This document shows positions 46,658 through 60,274 of a DNA stretch of 64,000 nucleotides, one piece after another. The stretch comes from Klebsormidium nitens. Lineage: Eukaryota; Plantae; Klebsormidiophyceae. Each line of letters begins with the position of its first letter. Positions within the stretch are counted from its first letter, which is position 1. The notes beneath the pieces are model-generated. The model saw only the letters and a program-made list of their open reading frames with translations. It ran no database searches and had not been told where the DNA came from. The DNA lies in contig DF237255.1 of the NCBI GenBank assembly GCA_000708835.1, forward strand, positions 1 through 64,000, written 5' to 3'. The position numbers were made by a program, and so were the translations under genes.

Positions 46658-49012
46658 CACGTGGCGCTTGCGGGGGGCTGACACGTGTCAGGATCAGTGG
46701 AACGTCGAAAGGCTGGACGCCGAGATAAGGATGTTGAGAGCATGTACGGCAGTAAGATGTAGGTCTGGTGCGAGTAGCCTCGTAGAAATGCACAAGAGAG
46801 AGCGCAAGTAACAGCTTTTCGAAACAGAGCAGGTTCAGCGACGGTAACAAAGACGGTGAGGTAGATGTACAGTGGCTCGCCTTAGGAGGCAGATGCTTCA
46901 CGAAAATTGTAAAGTGTGCTCGCGGATGCTACATTTGGAACTGGCGTGCAGAAATAGGACTGCGGTTCAACCGACGAGGGGCCAAAAGATGGTTGAGACC
47001 ACGCAGCACTGTAAGAGCGGACTCGCCACGATACTTATACTCTAGCTTGAGGGAAGAGAATTCTCTGTTAGGAGGCAAGTTTGCCCGAGAAAACGATAGA
47101 ACGAGAATAGTTGTTCGATTGTGAGCCAGCGAGACCCTGTACTGAGGAAACAATTGAGGCAGTTTTTTCCTTGAAGGACGATCCGAGGCCGGGCTCGTTC
47201 GCGTAGCCAGCCCGAGCTTCAGAAGGCTAGGTGTGAACATCGAGGGCCGACTGTCAGTATCTTTTTAATGAGCGAAGGTCTACACTTTTGGTGACGTTCT
47301 TACCTTGAACCTTGCAAGAACCGTCCTCGAAATTAAGTAATGGTGTAAGCGCGTTCGTTGGATTGGATCGAATGCAGGAACTCCGCTTGCTTGGATCTCT
47401 GACTGTATCAACCAGACATGAAGGCCTTGTAAGCGCATCATATTTGCTTTGATTCTGGAAGCTTTCGGACTGCATGGAGCGTGGATCTTCTCGCGCATCC
47501 TAAGTTCCAAGGTTGCATGCACAATGCGAGCGGATCGAGCTCCGAGTGAGCACACACACTAAATCTCTAGCTGCGTGCAATTCATCATGATCCGATCTGG
47601 CCCAGAACGCGCTCCTGACGCATGTTTGCGGGCAGTCATCTTTTTATTTAACTCGAGAGATCCACAAACGTAATCAAACGCGCCGGCATACATGCGTAAA
47701 TCGTCATCGTACTGGACTCCGTCCACCAGTATTGTTGGCGCATGGTGCGAACTGAGCTGAGTCCGATCCCCCTCAACAAGAAAGTAGCAAACATCAATTT
47801 GAAGATAGCTGAGTAGCTTGTGTTGCCAATGACATTTAAACATGCAGAACAGAATTCCAATAGCCGAATTCCTGCACATGATTAACAACATAATCACAGT
47901 AACAATATTTGACTGTGTGTGGTGATTCTGAAGCTCGGGCGGGTTAGTGCGTGAGTTTCTACGGTGTTTCTACGTACAAGCTAGCCGCTTCGTAAGAATC
48001 ATGCGCACCCGTACGCTTGGATTCAAGTTCTGTGCCTAAGAAACCAAGTCAAAGTAAACCCTGAGGGTTAGTAGAGATTGTTGCAATTAAATCTGATCAT
48101 TGTTTCAGAATCCAGGCTCGTTCGCAGCTTGCACCTCTTGGCGACCTGATTCGCCTTTGTCATCCTACTCTGTGATAAGTTTGCAGCTGTTATTCGGGTA
48201 AACTGTCTTTGACCCCTCACGCTATCAGACGGCCATTCCAATCCTTAAGAGATCTCGTTGGCCTCCTAAGTCCAATCCTGCGACAGAAAGGAAAGAAGAG
48301 AAGCTCAGAGATCTCGAGCTTGAAAGAGCGAGGAATGTAAAGATAAAAACTCTCAAAAAGCTGAGGGTCTCAGTCCATACTCCCGTCATATCGTCCTTGT
48401 ATCGATGGAGTCCTCCTCTTCATCACAACTCCATGATTCTGATTTGTCCAAAAAAGCTTATCCCGTGGGTTAACTTCAGTCAGCAGCTCCGAAATAAGGA
48501 CATTTATGGCGACATCCCCACTGCGAGAGTGTTCTGGATCTTTACTATGCTAATCACCCAGTTTCTTGTGCTGTTGCGACGGTGACAAGTGGGCGCCGGT
48601 GGGATTGGCAATTTTCAAAATCCAGAATTACGTAAGACAATCGAGCAATAGCTGGGCTTTGCGAAACCCCGATTCGAAGGCAACCGCCGCACGCCTTCAT
48701 AGGAACACATTAGCCACACAAACACTTGGCAGCTAAGAAAGCGTCCAAAAACCAGCAAACAGCTGACGGCATAAGTCGGAGCCCAAGGGCGTTCAACTGA
48801 TCCACAAAACTGTTTCGCTACTAACCAAACCTGGTTAACGGCCGTTGACCAGAACCTGATCAGCAAAAGAGCATCTAACGCGTGTCTAACCAGGCTTGGT
48901 TAGGTGTGGTTTTCTCCTGTAGCTTGTACCCACTGATTTGTGCCAACTAAAAATCAGGGCAACAATTAGACAAGCGCCGGGAGCTTACGTGGCATCAATG
49001 GCTATCACCAGT

Positions 49013-52000
49013 TTACACTGTATATCTGTACACCTTGCCGTTCTTGTCCAGGCCCCAGACGGTGGGGTAACCCGCGCTGATGGCCGAGAGGGATCCCTCT
49101 TCCTTGAACCAAGCGCCCGTTTCACTCGTGTTCATAACCCAGCGGAAGATGCTGCCTTTGGCGTCCACCGCCCATACTCCGCACAGACCAGTGGAAATCT
49201 GGACGGGATATCCAGAATCAGGGATTCGAGGAGATTATTTTGGGCTCTAAAACTTGAAGCAAAAGAAGACTGAACCGAAAGAACTCTTTTTTCTTTTAAA
49301 TCTTGCGCGGATTTCGCTCCTGTTGGGATCCAACGGTACCCTCCGCCTTTGGCGTCTACCGCCCACAGACCGCACAGGCCAGTGGAAATGTGGACGGAAT
49401 TTCGCAAGCAGGGGGTTAGCGTGTGATTTTGGGCTCAAAGAATTGAAGTATAAAAAGACTGAGGATCTGAGTTAGGTCTCGAAGGTTGCTGCCAGGACGT
49501 TGAGACAAAAAGGTGGTTGAGACAGCCAATCTTAGGGTACTGCTGTGCATCGTTGGGAACCGGATACACGGTGAAGGAACCGTAAACGTGTTCCCGGTAC
49601 AAGCCAGCTTGATAACCGGGGGAGCCTCAGACAGTGCCTTCTTAGACAAAACGACCTCGTTCATCTCAAGTGGCTGTAGGATGCCAATAAAGGTCGTGAA
49701 AGGGGGCTGAGGGTGCCGTTCTGAATGGTCCGGAGACGCGCTCTAGGGTCTACGATCGAACGCTTCAAAAGGGCATTGGAGAAGCTGGTAAAGGGACACA
49801 GGCAGGATCCGAAGATCTGTCTACAGACCTCGTTACTGGCCAATCTGTGGCCTTCTATCAAGACATTGTGGTTTACATCCGGTTAAATGCCCGTTGACCA
49901 AGTACGTTAATCAACGAGGAAATATCTGTGGCTGATTCGATGCCCTTCTATCGAAGAACGTGGTTCACGTCCGCTTAATTGCACCTTAACCAAGCATGAT
50001 ACCTGAAGAGAAAGATTTCGTTCAGTGCCTTCTATCGAAAGAACGTGGAACGTCCGGTTAACTGCCCGTTGACCGAGTACGAAAAAGGAAAAGAGAGAAG
50101 GGATTATTTGGCACCTGCTTGACACTGTCGCGCCCCTCGGGCCCGGGGACGTACACCCACCGCCCCGAGAAGCGTCGGTACACCTTCTTTAATTCGCCCA
50201 GTTGGATGCCCCAGAGGTCGCCGTAATCGTTGGTGTCAATCGCGTCCAGCAAGCCGTCGAGCTGGATCCACTTGCCTGCAGCATGACACCAGTTTCATGC
50301 AACGCCGCTTATTATCACTTAAGCTGACTTTGGGGTCAGAAGCTGCTCAAAGCACATGCCCGTTGTTACTAGGATCATGCAAGGATTCAACTGTGCTAGC
50401 GCTCGACCGTTCAAAGAAATTAATTGAAGGACCGACAGACCTTGTTGGCGCAGCACCGGTGTCAAACAATGGGTCTGGAATGAAGGGAACAGGGACCGTA
50501 AACCTAACGTGGTTAGTCTCTGGTTCAGTGCTCTTCTACTCAAAAGAAACTTGGTTTACGTTTGGTCGATCGCCCGTAGATCAAGCTTAGTTAAGGGCGA
50601 TAACTTTCTGTCAAAACCGAAAGGGCGACACTGAGTTGTTACATTCTTGCCAATCTTCATTGCAGCCCCTCTGAGAAGAGCATCCGCATGGAAACTGGTA
50701 CGCCCCTCTTTCTCGAGAAGTGAACAGGCGTGCATGTAGCAACAAGGGGCTGTTCGGTTGTGAATATCACCAAAAAGACGCTGGAACATAGCTTGCTCAT
50801 AGGCGATATTGCCATTTTTATCAGAGCCATCAATCTCTGTTTGCGGTCGACTTGGACCCTGATTTCGAACGATCTGTCCCTAGTCTCGAGAGGTTGACCT
50901 TCACCCCTCTTGACACCGTCCGAAAGAGGATCTGGGTCGGGAAGAGGTCCGATGATTATCAGATTTAAGACTGGTCAATAAGGCTGATATCAACCTCCGC
51001 TAGGGAACTGAACTTCGAGGCTCTCCTTCTAACCGGATCAGAGCTTGACAGAGGAGAAATCTCGAGTCCGCACACCTTCTCCCTGGTACTTGAAGATCTG
51101 GCGTTTCGTGTCGATGACGTACACGTCTTGCCCGGAGGCCACGTGGGCGATTTTCCCGCTGCCGGGCATTGGAGTGACCTCAACAAACTCCGGGGCGGCT
51201 TCGTCCCTGCCAAACCACGGGCCAAAAACAGGTTATGACTCGGTTATGATTCGGTTAACGTCTTGTTTTCGCTGACAAGTGACTGCTTACGAAGAAGTAA
51301 TGCTTTGCTGATTGGGGTTTGATAAACTGCTTCCAAGCAGTGTACAAACCGTCAACCTGAGCCGCGACTGGTGAGTAACCGACTTGAACCCACCCAAAAT
51401 TCTTTCCCGGACAATTGCGCAAACGGTAACAAAAGGAGCCCCTAATCACGAGCCCCTAATCACGATTGATTGAAGGGCTGGTACCAAAATCGAATCAGGT
51501 TCCCCTGGTTGAAGGGCTCTTGACCAGCCAGAAAACAAGCCTGGTTAACACTGGTAACTTCTTGTGTAAGAAGTTTACCAACTTACCACTGGTACAGCTG
51601 ATTCTGTCTGTCAACAGCCCACATGCCGCTAAATCCGGCCGAAACCTGCGCCATCTTCCCAGTTGCCTGGCTCCATTCAGTGCCGTCGAACAGATATACG
51701 TTGTTCGCAGTATCGGTGCCCACTACCGTTTTCTCGTCCCCACTGCTGATGGTTTTGAGGCCGCCCGGCATCTGGGTCCAGCCCATGCTGATTGGGGACG
51801 CCTGCAGAAAGGGGTTTGCAGTTCAAATGTCTGCCCGGTGACTGAATCTAAAATCAGTGCTAGCTCATGCTAATAGGGGATGCCTGCAGAAAGTAAGGGA
51901 TTTGCAGTCAAAAAGTCCGCTCGTTTGCTGGTTCCAAATCGAGTCCAGCCCATGCGGCTGATTGGGGACGCCTGCAGAGAGGAGTTTGAGTCAGAAACTC

Positions 52001-53543
52001 TGCTCGGGTACTGGTTCTGAAGTCGGGTCCAGCTCAGGCTGATTGGGGTCACCTGTAGAAAGAAATCTATGGTGCAGAGTCCGCTTGGTTACATGTTCTG
52101 AAGCGCGGTCCAGCTCATGCTAGTTGGACATGCCTGCAGAAAGGGGTTTGCAGTCAAAAAGTCTGCTCGGTTACTGGTTCTGTAATTGGGTTTAGCCAAT
52201 GCTAATTGGGGATGCCCACAGAAAGGGGTTTGCAGTCTACAAGTCTGCCCGGTTACTGGCTTCGAGATTGGGTTTAGCCAATGCTGAGTGGGGCAGCCAC
52301 CAGAAAGGAGTCTGCAGTCAAAAAGTCCGCTCGTTCACTGGCTCCCAAATTGGTGCTAGCTCATGCTGAATGGCACGCCTGCAGAAAGGAGTCTATGGCA
52401 GGGAATCCGCTTGGTTACTTGTTCTGAAGTTGGGTCCAGCTCATGCTGATTGCGGACGCCTGTAGAAAGGAGTCTATGGTGAAGATTCCGCTCGGTTACT
52501 TGTTCTGAAGTCGGAGTCTCGCCCATGCTGATCAGGGACACCTGCAGCTTAGGAGTCTGCATCTGAAACGTACTGTGCTCATAACAGTCAAGCCCGGTCA
52601 CTTGTGAGTTCTTCGTCCAAGGTTTTTCAGAGGCAGTTAGATCTCTGAAGAAAGGAGATCAGGGTGCATTACCCACTTTGGGGTTTCAAACTCCAATTTT
52701 GACCAGCATTGGTGCAGATCAGATTTTTGCTTACGAACACATGAGCAGGGTGCAAAAGTGAGTTGCTTCAGCCTGAAGGCACTAAGGAGAGTCCTGGCGC
52801 AATTCTGATCATGCAATTCAGGAAGAACCACAAATCTTACAAAGCCAATTTAGGGAGGCTGCCTATCGCATTTCTGAACAGGCATTGTCAAATGACCAAG
52901 AATTGGCCGTTGCCCAAATCAAGCTGAAACCTTTGGGGTAGGGTGTTGGGTTGGGATAATTGGTTTGATTGACCCTCACATTTGAACCCGTCAATTTCAA
53001 ATTGAAAGGAAATGCAATGCAACAGCCAAAAGCTCAAGCGAGCCCGTAAGAATCCAATGCCAATCCAGTCAATGCCAGATACACGAATTCCAGCAATTCT
53101 CTAAAATAACGTCCTCCAGTCGTCCGCTGCGCATTGGGATCTCATCCAGCCGCATTCCCCTGTAGCGGCGCTTCTTCAGCCCCCGGTTCTGCGTCCGCAA
53201 AGCTAGAATTTCTCAGCAGAAGGGCAAGTTCTGGACCTGCTGAACTTGTTTAAAGAACCTGGTTAAAGAACCTGGTTAGAGAACCTGCTCAAGGTCAGCC
53301 GTTCCGGCACCCACTCACCTTGACTTTGCTTCCTCTGCAAGGAAAGGCCTCAACTGGCGCGTACTGGATCTTCCGGCCCCACATATTCCCGCGGCAAACA
53401 AGCTCCCTGCCGGCATTGCTGCCGCGCACATTGACACCGTCTGCATTTTGAGCGCCCGCCGCAGCAGACGACGACGCTGTTCTGGCAAAGGGCGCGGCAG
53501 ACTGCCCGCAAAAGCGGGCGACGCTCAGGGATGAGGCCATCAT
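49013..53543 (-). CDS. Tectonin/tachylectin-1-type beta-propeller lectin-like protein with an N-terminal plastid-like transit peptide, about 305 aa, 5 exons
   Basis: Exons: 53319-53543, 51587-51801, 51076-51206, 50115-50275, 49013-49198 (918 nt, in phase, ending GKVYRYTV*). About six W-x4-G-x-L-x2-(I/V)-S-x-G...(V/M)W(G/A)V..(V/I)Y repeats, for example WTQMPGGLKTISSG, WSQATGKMAQVSAGFSGMWAV, WIQLDGLLDAIDT and WFKEEGSLSAISAGYPTVWGL. Exon 1 is S/A/R-rich and joins as ...SKVK|ASPISMGW. Confidence 0.85.
49330..50075 (-). repeat. Tectonin last intron: decayed copy of the last exon 5' end plus internal intronic duplications
   Basis: 49340-49390 mirrors ATTTCCACTGGTCTGTGCGG..TGGGCGGTGGACGCCAAAGGC. 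The strings ccttctatcgaa(a)gaacgtgg and tccggttaa(a/c)tgcccgttgacc(a/g)agtacg each recur between 49850 and 50075. Confidence 0.8.
51802..52560 (-). repeat. Acceptor-side tandem array of tectonin exon 2 5' end, about 82-bp period, 9 extra copies
   Basis: Positions homologous to the acceptor lie at 51884, 51972, 52053, 52134, 52216, about 52298, 52379, 52460 and 52542. Confidence 0.93.
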
Positions 53544-55729
53544 CAGATCAGATCAGTGTATGTATACGCAAACGACTGAAGGAGCAAACAAAGAATATGC
53601 AGTGCGCTCTGTGGAGCTGGTTCAATTCACTGGTGCCGCGCGCCGGGCCAGCATTAATTGGTGATCAGCGGCAATTGTAGCCCAACAGCTGTAACTAGAG
53701 GCAAGCTGGCGGTGGCGCCGAGAATTCAAAGTAGTTTGGCTAGAGACGTGCCAAGACTCGTGAATGTTATTGGGGTGAGATGCAATCTGGCGCTCGGGTG
53801 AGCTGCGAACTGACCCAGCAAGAGAAGAATTTCCGGATCCAGCCTCTTCCAGACAACTTGAAGCTGCCACTAGCTGTCAGCTGTGCCGTCGTTTGAAAGG
53901 TAAGAAATGCACTCAGCCGATCAGAGGCTGTAGAGTGCAACAGACGGCCGACTCAAAATTGAGAATTAAGACCGGCCAATGAACGCACTAGCTCTACAAC
54001 TCTACAAGCTGGGGCAGGCTGCAGCTGGCTTGGAGATGGCTATCATACCGTACTGCGTGCTGATGCTCAGCTTTCACCAGATATGATTGTCGTTCAAATA
54101 GGTAGGTAGGTATGTGCACTGTGCAGGATGAATGTACGGTACATAGAGCCTGAGGCGCTAAACAACGCTCCGCGGACATTGGACAGCTGGGGTACCGTCG
54201 GCGTCGGTACAGCTACGAGCACAGGTTAGTACCAAGTGTATTCAATTAGTCGAGGTTTCTTCATAGGCTATCAGATCAGCGAGGACAACTCACTGACTCA
54301 CAAGGACAACTCACGCTGAGAGAAGAGTGCTTCGTGAACTCACGCCGACTGGTCTGGACTCTGGACTCTGGATTGGGCACCGGTAAATTATCACGCATCA
54401 TTACGAAATTAATTTGGACACCGAGTTCTGCCGTAATAACTGAGACTTCGATCCTATGATTGATAAGCCCCTTGAATGAAGAAATCATGCCCGGAGAACG
54501 GCAAGGTTAAGTCTTGTGGTTAATGTAGGATAGGGCGCGGGACCGGTGAATATCCAGGTTAGCGTTAGTAGGTTGTTCTTGCCCGGTAGAAGGACCTTAT
54601 GATTACTGCAGCGTATATTCGCCGAATGGAAGACTTATGCGCAATTATCGGTAGGACGGTAGCCTGGCGTCATCCTCGGCGGCGTAGATACTGGCTGGCG
54701 GCGGGCCGGCAAAAACTTCGGCCGGCCCGGGTTGTACTGCAGTGTGCACTGTAGAGTGTCCAGCTGCCGGTTCTTAACCTCTGGCACGGCAATAAATATA
54801 GGTACCGGCCACCATGATGCTCGATCGTCACCCTGTTTACCCTGCTTTACAGGGGGTACGTGCTCATCAATGCATTACTGGTCACGACTCACGCCAAAGC
54901 ACTCAGGAGTCAGCAGTGTCAGCACCGCAGAGAGCTACCGTCGTGGCACGGACAATTCACACCAGCTGTTTCCGGAAACTATTATATTTCCTTTTTCCAG
55001 TTCGCAAACCTGGGCTGGGCTAAATTTTACGTCTTAACCACCCCCTATTACGGGGCACTTTTGCCATTGGCCGGGCTAAAACGATATCTACACTTTTTTA
55101 CTGGTACGAGTGGGTCGTGCCAATACACTACCTAGACACTAGAGGAGATAGAGGTAATCAGTAGTTTAGCAAGCGAGCTTATAAATCAATAAATTGATCA
55201 ATTTTTGCGAAAAATTTTTTCTTTGAAATTCATGACGTCATCTTGATGACGTCATACTCTTGTTAGTATTTCAATCATTTTCACTCTACTAAATTGCATG
55301 AGGTACCAGATTGCCGTGGGTTGCCGCTGGCCGCAGGTCAAACATAATTTGCGGCGACTTCATACCAGTCAGACGCACCGACCATGCCGGGTCGAACAAA
55401 TTGCCATCCCGTGATCTTCCGACTCACCGTGACAACGAGACGGTATCCAGATTCCAGATCCCAGTCCAATATATTGCCGCTGGCTGTGATATCCAGCGGC
55501 GGCGAGTCAAGTATGGCATTCGACGATTCTGACGTCGAATCTCGGGCAGGTTGCCGCTGGCGGCACGTCGAGTATTTTTGGCGACTCCTTGAATAGGTCA
55601 CACCGACCTGATTTCCGCCATTGAACGGCAGAGCCGGGCACTGCGACGTCCCGGATTTCGAACTGCCGCCGTTGCCGGGGCCTGGGCTTCCCTGCTGTAC
55701 TTTCGACCAGTGTTGCGATTATCTTTTTG

Positions 55730-55890
55730 AATTGGGTGGCCGTGGGCACCCTTCCGGCTACTTTTGGGTGTCCGGGGGGAACCCCCGGGGTCTTCATCGG
55801 GTGCCCGCAGGCCCCTTCGGGGCCACGATAGGGTGTCCGGTGACTGGTCCGACTGGCACCCCCGGAGCCGTCATTGGGTGCCCACTGCCC
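55730..55890. repeat. hAT subterminal repeats (3' end of the element)
   Basis: About seven GGGTG(C/T/G)CC or GGCACCC motifs in both orientations within about 160 bp of the TIR. Confidence 0.8.
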
Positions 55891-56418
55891 GAGGTCCCCC
55901 TCGGAGCCTGAGCCACATTGGCAGACTCGCGAGTACCGTACGAAAAGAGACCATCAGGTTATTCACCGATTGCATGCAGCATGAGTGGAGTCGGGGGGTG
56001 GAGTCAATACATCCATACATACATATCTCACTGTATGTATGCATCCAATAAGTCATTGGAATCATGAAATCACTGAAGGCTTGCAACATGCCAGTCAAAT
56101 TCCGATTGGTCCATAACCATGATATCCAGGCTTTGAATTAACGCATGAAGAGGGCTGCGCATTCTCGAGCCCCGATGCTTGATCATGCTAGACGCCCAGT
56201 GGGCGGCCACTTTCCTAGGCTCCTAGCCACGCACGGTTTTGAAAGTTCGTCTCGCTGGCTGCATGAACATTCCAGAATACCTATAAAGTTGAGGCTATAT
56301 TGCACAATCATTATTGCCTTATGTATGGTTACAATGTACACTGATATTTCAATCCACAACACAGCAAACTCGTCCTACCACATGAATATGATTCAAAATA
56401 TGCAAAGGTGAATTCTAT

Positions 56419-59400
56419 TCAACATTCGTCGTCTGACTGGAATAAGTCAAGCTCCTCGAGCACAGCCGGATTATCCCGCCATACTCGACGAGGCTTCCTG
56501 CTCAGCCACTTCCTATACACCTTGCTCAAGAACTCGGAATCGGGCTTCGCTGGACCGCATAACTTAATCCTCATGCAATCATCTAGTGCCCCTATTTTCA
56601 ACCTATTGCGCAACTTGCTATGGATGAGGGTCCTCAAGGAAAAGCCTCTCTCAGCCTCAGCACTAGAGCACGCCTGCACCAGTGCTATGCAACCGAGTTT
56701 GAGGAGGTTGGGGTAGGACTCCCGGCTATGAGGGTCCCCGTAGAGTCGGCAGACGACCTCGTCCAAGGATGGGAACCCGTCTACGCTAGTGGCGGCAGCT
56801 TGGCGCATCTGAAAGATCACCGACTTGAAACGCGGCCACTCGGTCAAAACCGCATCCCAGTCGACTATGGGCTCGAAGACCACCCCGCGGGCGGTTCTCT
56901 CAACTCCATACTGCTGCTTGAGCACCTCAAGATGCCCCGTGCCCCAGTCGGATAGACGGGCCAAGGTCGACGGGTAATGGGCCGGCGAGAAAATGGCGAA
57001 GGACTCGAAGAGAGCGCGGTCCGGAAACCTCTCCTGCAGATTTTTAACCACCCCCTTCGCGTAGGACACCATGAAAGCCTTGCAAAACGCCGCGTCTGCA
57101 ACGGGCCCCTCGGGACTGAAGCGCACGTCAAACCCGCTGTACTTGAACCGGTCGACGTACCCCGCCTCCTTCCACACCAAGAACTTGAACCAAAAAGATC
57201 TAACCTCTGACCCCAATCCTCCGGGCAGATCGTCCGGACCCGCCTCGTCGCTGGTGTTTATGAAGTACTCTTGGATGGCGCTGATGGTAGAATCGACGTG
57301 TTGCTTGACCTGAGTTGGGTCTACCCAAGCGCGCTGGAATGCTTTGTTGAGGATGCTGAGTTGCTCAAGAAGGACTACCAGAAAGCACAGGGCGAAGATG
57401 AAGCGGAAAGACGAGAGGTTCTCGAAATGCTCGGGATGAGGCTCGGGGCCACCGGGAGCGAAGAGGACTAGCAACTCATGGTGTGAGCGGAAGATACTCT
57501 GGACAGCCTGGCAGCGGGAGAGCCAGCGGACTTTGTGCAGCTTAGCAAGCCGAAGAGATTTGTCGCCGACCTCAGCCTGCACCTCCTTCAGCTTGGCAGA
57601 CCGCTGGGGTGAGCGGGCAAAGAAGACCGCCAGAGAGTTGACGATGTTGTCAAAGTCCTTGGAGTACGCGCAACTGTCAGCAGCGTCCTTAGCAGCCAGC
57701 GCCTCTCGATGAGCACCGCAGTGGGAGCTGGTCATGAAGGGGTTCTCCTCTTTGACCAGGAGTGTAGACACGCCGCCGTGCACGCCTGCATTGAGTAAGA
57801 GGAATACAAGATCAGCTACTAAAAAGCAAGCTCATGTGCACATGCTTACCAACTTTTGAGCAAAAGATTCAGACATTATGCACCTAAGACACCTAAGACT
57901 GGCTCCTTGAAGACTGGTGAACATGAAGGTTCAGGTCCAGGATTCACTAAGCAAACACATCTTTGCAAATGCTTCCGGACAATGCATCTGGACAACTCAA
58001 GCCAACATCAATGAATGTTCTCCAGAGGATTGTTGCGCAGGATAATCTGCATTGAAGCAATTCTCCTGGTTGACAATACGTATCAAGCGTAAGCCGAGCA
58101 AGTGTCAACCTGACTTACCAACCATTACCGCAGCACCATCACTCCCGAAGCCCATCATTTTGAGCACGTCCCAGCCTCTCCGATTCAGCAGCTCCATGAT
58201 GGACGCCTTCAAGCTGACTGCCGTTGTCGCCGCAACTTGAACGAGCTCCACAAAACGTACCTGCATGAAAGTGCTAAATGTATAGTCAGTACGCAAATTT
58301 GCACAACAAGTCTTTGCAGCCACAAAGTCTTGAACTTTGGATCATATCAAACTTCAAGAATCCTGCACCCTGTGGGCTATCATTCAGATTGCAACAGAAA
58401 ACCAATGCAAGAAATCCTTCATGGACAAGGGGGACACATTTTGACTTTGACCCGGATTCAGTGTGCTTGCTGCAGAGGCATAGATTCCTACTAACCCTTG
58501 AGTCTTCTACGCAGATTTTCTTACCACAACTGTGGCCCCCTTCATGAAGACCACGTACGCGATCATGTGCTCGTCCACCGACATAGATGTGCTCTCGTCC
58601 ACAATGAGGCCAAAGAAAGGGCTCCGCTTAACGTCTTCAGACTCCTCTTCTGATAGCACGTCGCTTGCAGCTTCAGCGAACTCCTTGCATGCGTCTCTGG
58701 CCTGGTGCTTATGGTGCAGCTTGTCAAACCTGAATGAACAAAGACCAGATACTTGCCTCTAAAAAACCCTGACTATCATTCATTGCCACATCTGAATCAC
58801 CCAAGCGGCAGCCACTATGCATTCTGCAAGATATCAGCGGCCATTGATCCGCACCTGGTTGTGTCTAAAGCTTTCAAGAACGATGCGCAGACTTCAACAC
58901 TCATGTAAACACTCGACCGATATTCAAACCCAAAACCAGGTCAGAACAAGCAGCCCACGACCAAGTCAGAACAAGCAGGGCCCAATCTCCTTCGAACTTG
59001 CCAGTGACAATCACACATTACAATCAGGATTTGGAACGGAACGTCTGATCAAAGCGCTGATACCAACGTGCTCACCCTCGTTGCTTGAACAGGTCACACA
59101 GACTCGCCATTTTCAGGAAAGGCAGGAGCTCCCAACACAACCAGTACGCCAAAGCAATGTTGTTATGCAACTTGGCCTCCGCCTCAGATGCTTGCGCTGC
59201 AGCCGCTTGGTGGATCGCGCCTGCGCGAGCGACTCTGTCATCTGCAGCCTGTGCCGTCCTGTGATCACCGCTCTTGGCGTGTTTCCTCAGGGTGTGCAAC
59301 CTGTAGCTTGACGACCCCCCCTCAGTGAAATCATTCTTCAGCTTAGCCTCTCGACACGTCTTGCAGAAAAGTCTCCTGGCGCCCGTCATCTTGTCAACGA

Positions 59401-59845
59401 CCAGATCTTCAATCCAGGTTAGCCCGTAACCACCCTGTGTTTCTGGCAGCACCCACTTGACCTGGAATGTTCTCTTCCTCTTCTTCTTTGCCTGGTCGCC
59501 TTCCGAATCAGAGGAGGAACTGGGCTCTGCAGCCTGCTCAGCTGGTCTCCTTGCAGGAAGGGGCGGAAGACCTTGCACCTGCTCTACAATTGGTGGATCG
59601 ACGGGGCTTTCGTTTAGATCTGGAATGGTGGCTGCCTCAGGAACCCCCTGAGCTGCTCCACCCTGAGCTTGCATCGCGGTTGCTTGTGTCACGACTGGCG
59701 TAGGCTGGTCGTGGGGCTGGGTTTGGGTGGCCGCTCCTACAGGTTTGAAGAAGCTTGCCACGCTGGCTTGCTTGCCACCAGGGCCTGTCTTCCCGCTATC
59801 TCTAGGGGTTCCTTTGGGTTGCTGCTTGCCTCCCTTGCCAGCCAT
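56419..59845 (-). CDS. hAT transposase (ZNF862/DUF4371-like with TTF-type zinc finger and hATC dimerisation domain), about 827 aa, 4 exons, no disruptions
   Basis: Exons: 59076-59845, 58525-58729, 58119-58260, 56419-57785 (2484 nt, in phase). Motifs: NLS KKKRKR, Zn finger FCKTC..LRKHAKSGDH, FFGLIVDES (first catalytic D), GFGSDGAAVM (second D), HCGAHR (CxxH), RWLSR, and YPNLLKL..CSSAEAERGFS..LRNRL. Confidence 0.92.
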
Positions 59846-60274
59846 GCTGTAAAAGACGGAAGCAAGCGCGACGAGCAGGAGCACAGCTTCACCCACCATC
59901 TTGCCTGGTCACCTCTGAGTGGGAATGGGGAGCGCCACCTTCCAAGAGTCCTCCAGACCTTCAACACGGCAATGCAGAGGCTGCATTCAGTCAGGACTGA
60001 GTTGCGGTCACGGTACGCGCGCGCGCGAGCCTGAGGGGTGCGCGGGCCAGGCGCCGCGGCGGGCTGCACTAGTGCGTGACAGGGACAAGGGACCGGGGAT
60101 TCAGCTTCGAACCTCCGGACTCAGGAGTGGCAGACTGCAGTCACGACTCACCAGTGACAATCGGTCTTCGACATTTCGCCCCGGTTCGCTTATGCCAGGC
60201 AACTTTCTTGCCGAGGGGCACTGTCGCAAATTGCAATTCTGGACCCCCCAGCCTCAGAGTCAGATACGGTATGG

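Noticed and set aside
54782-55122. Possible MITE with TGGCACG inverted ends
   Set aside because: The inverted match is only about 7-9 bp and no TSD flanks it.
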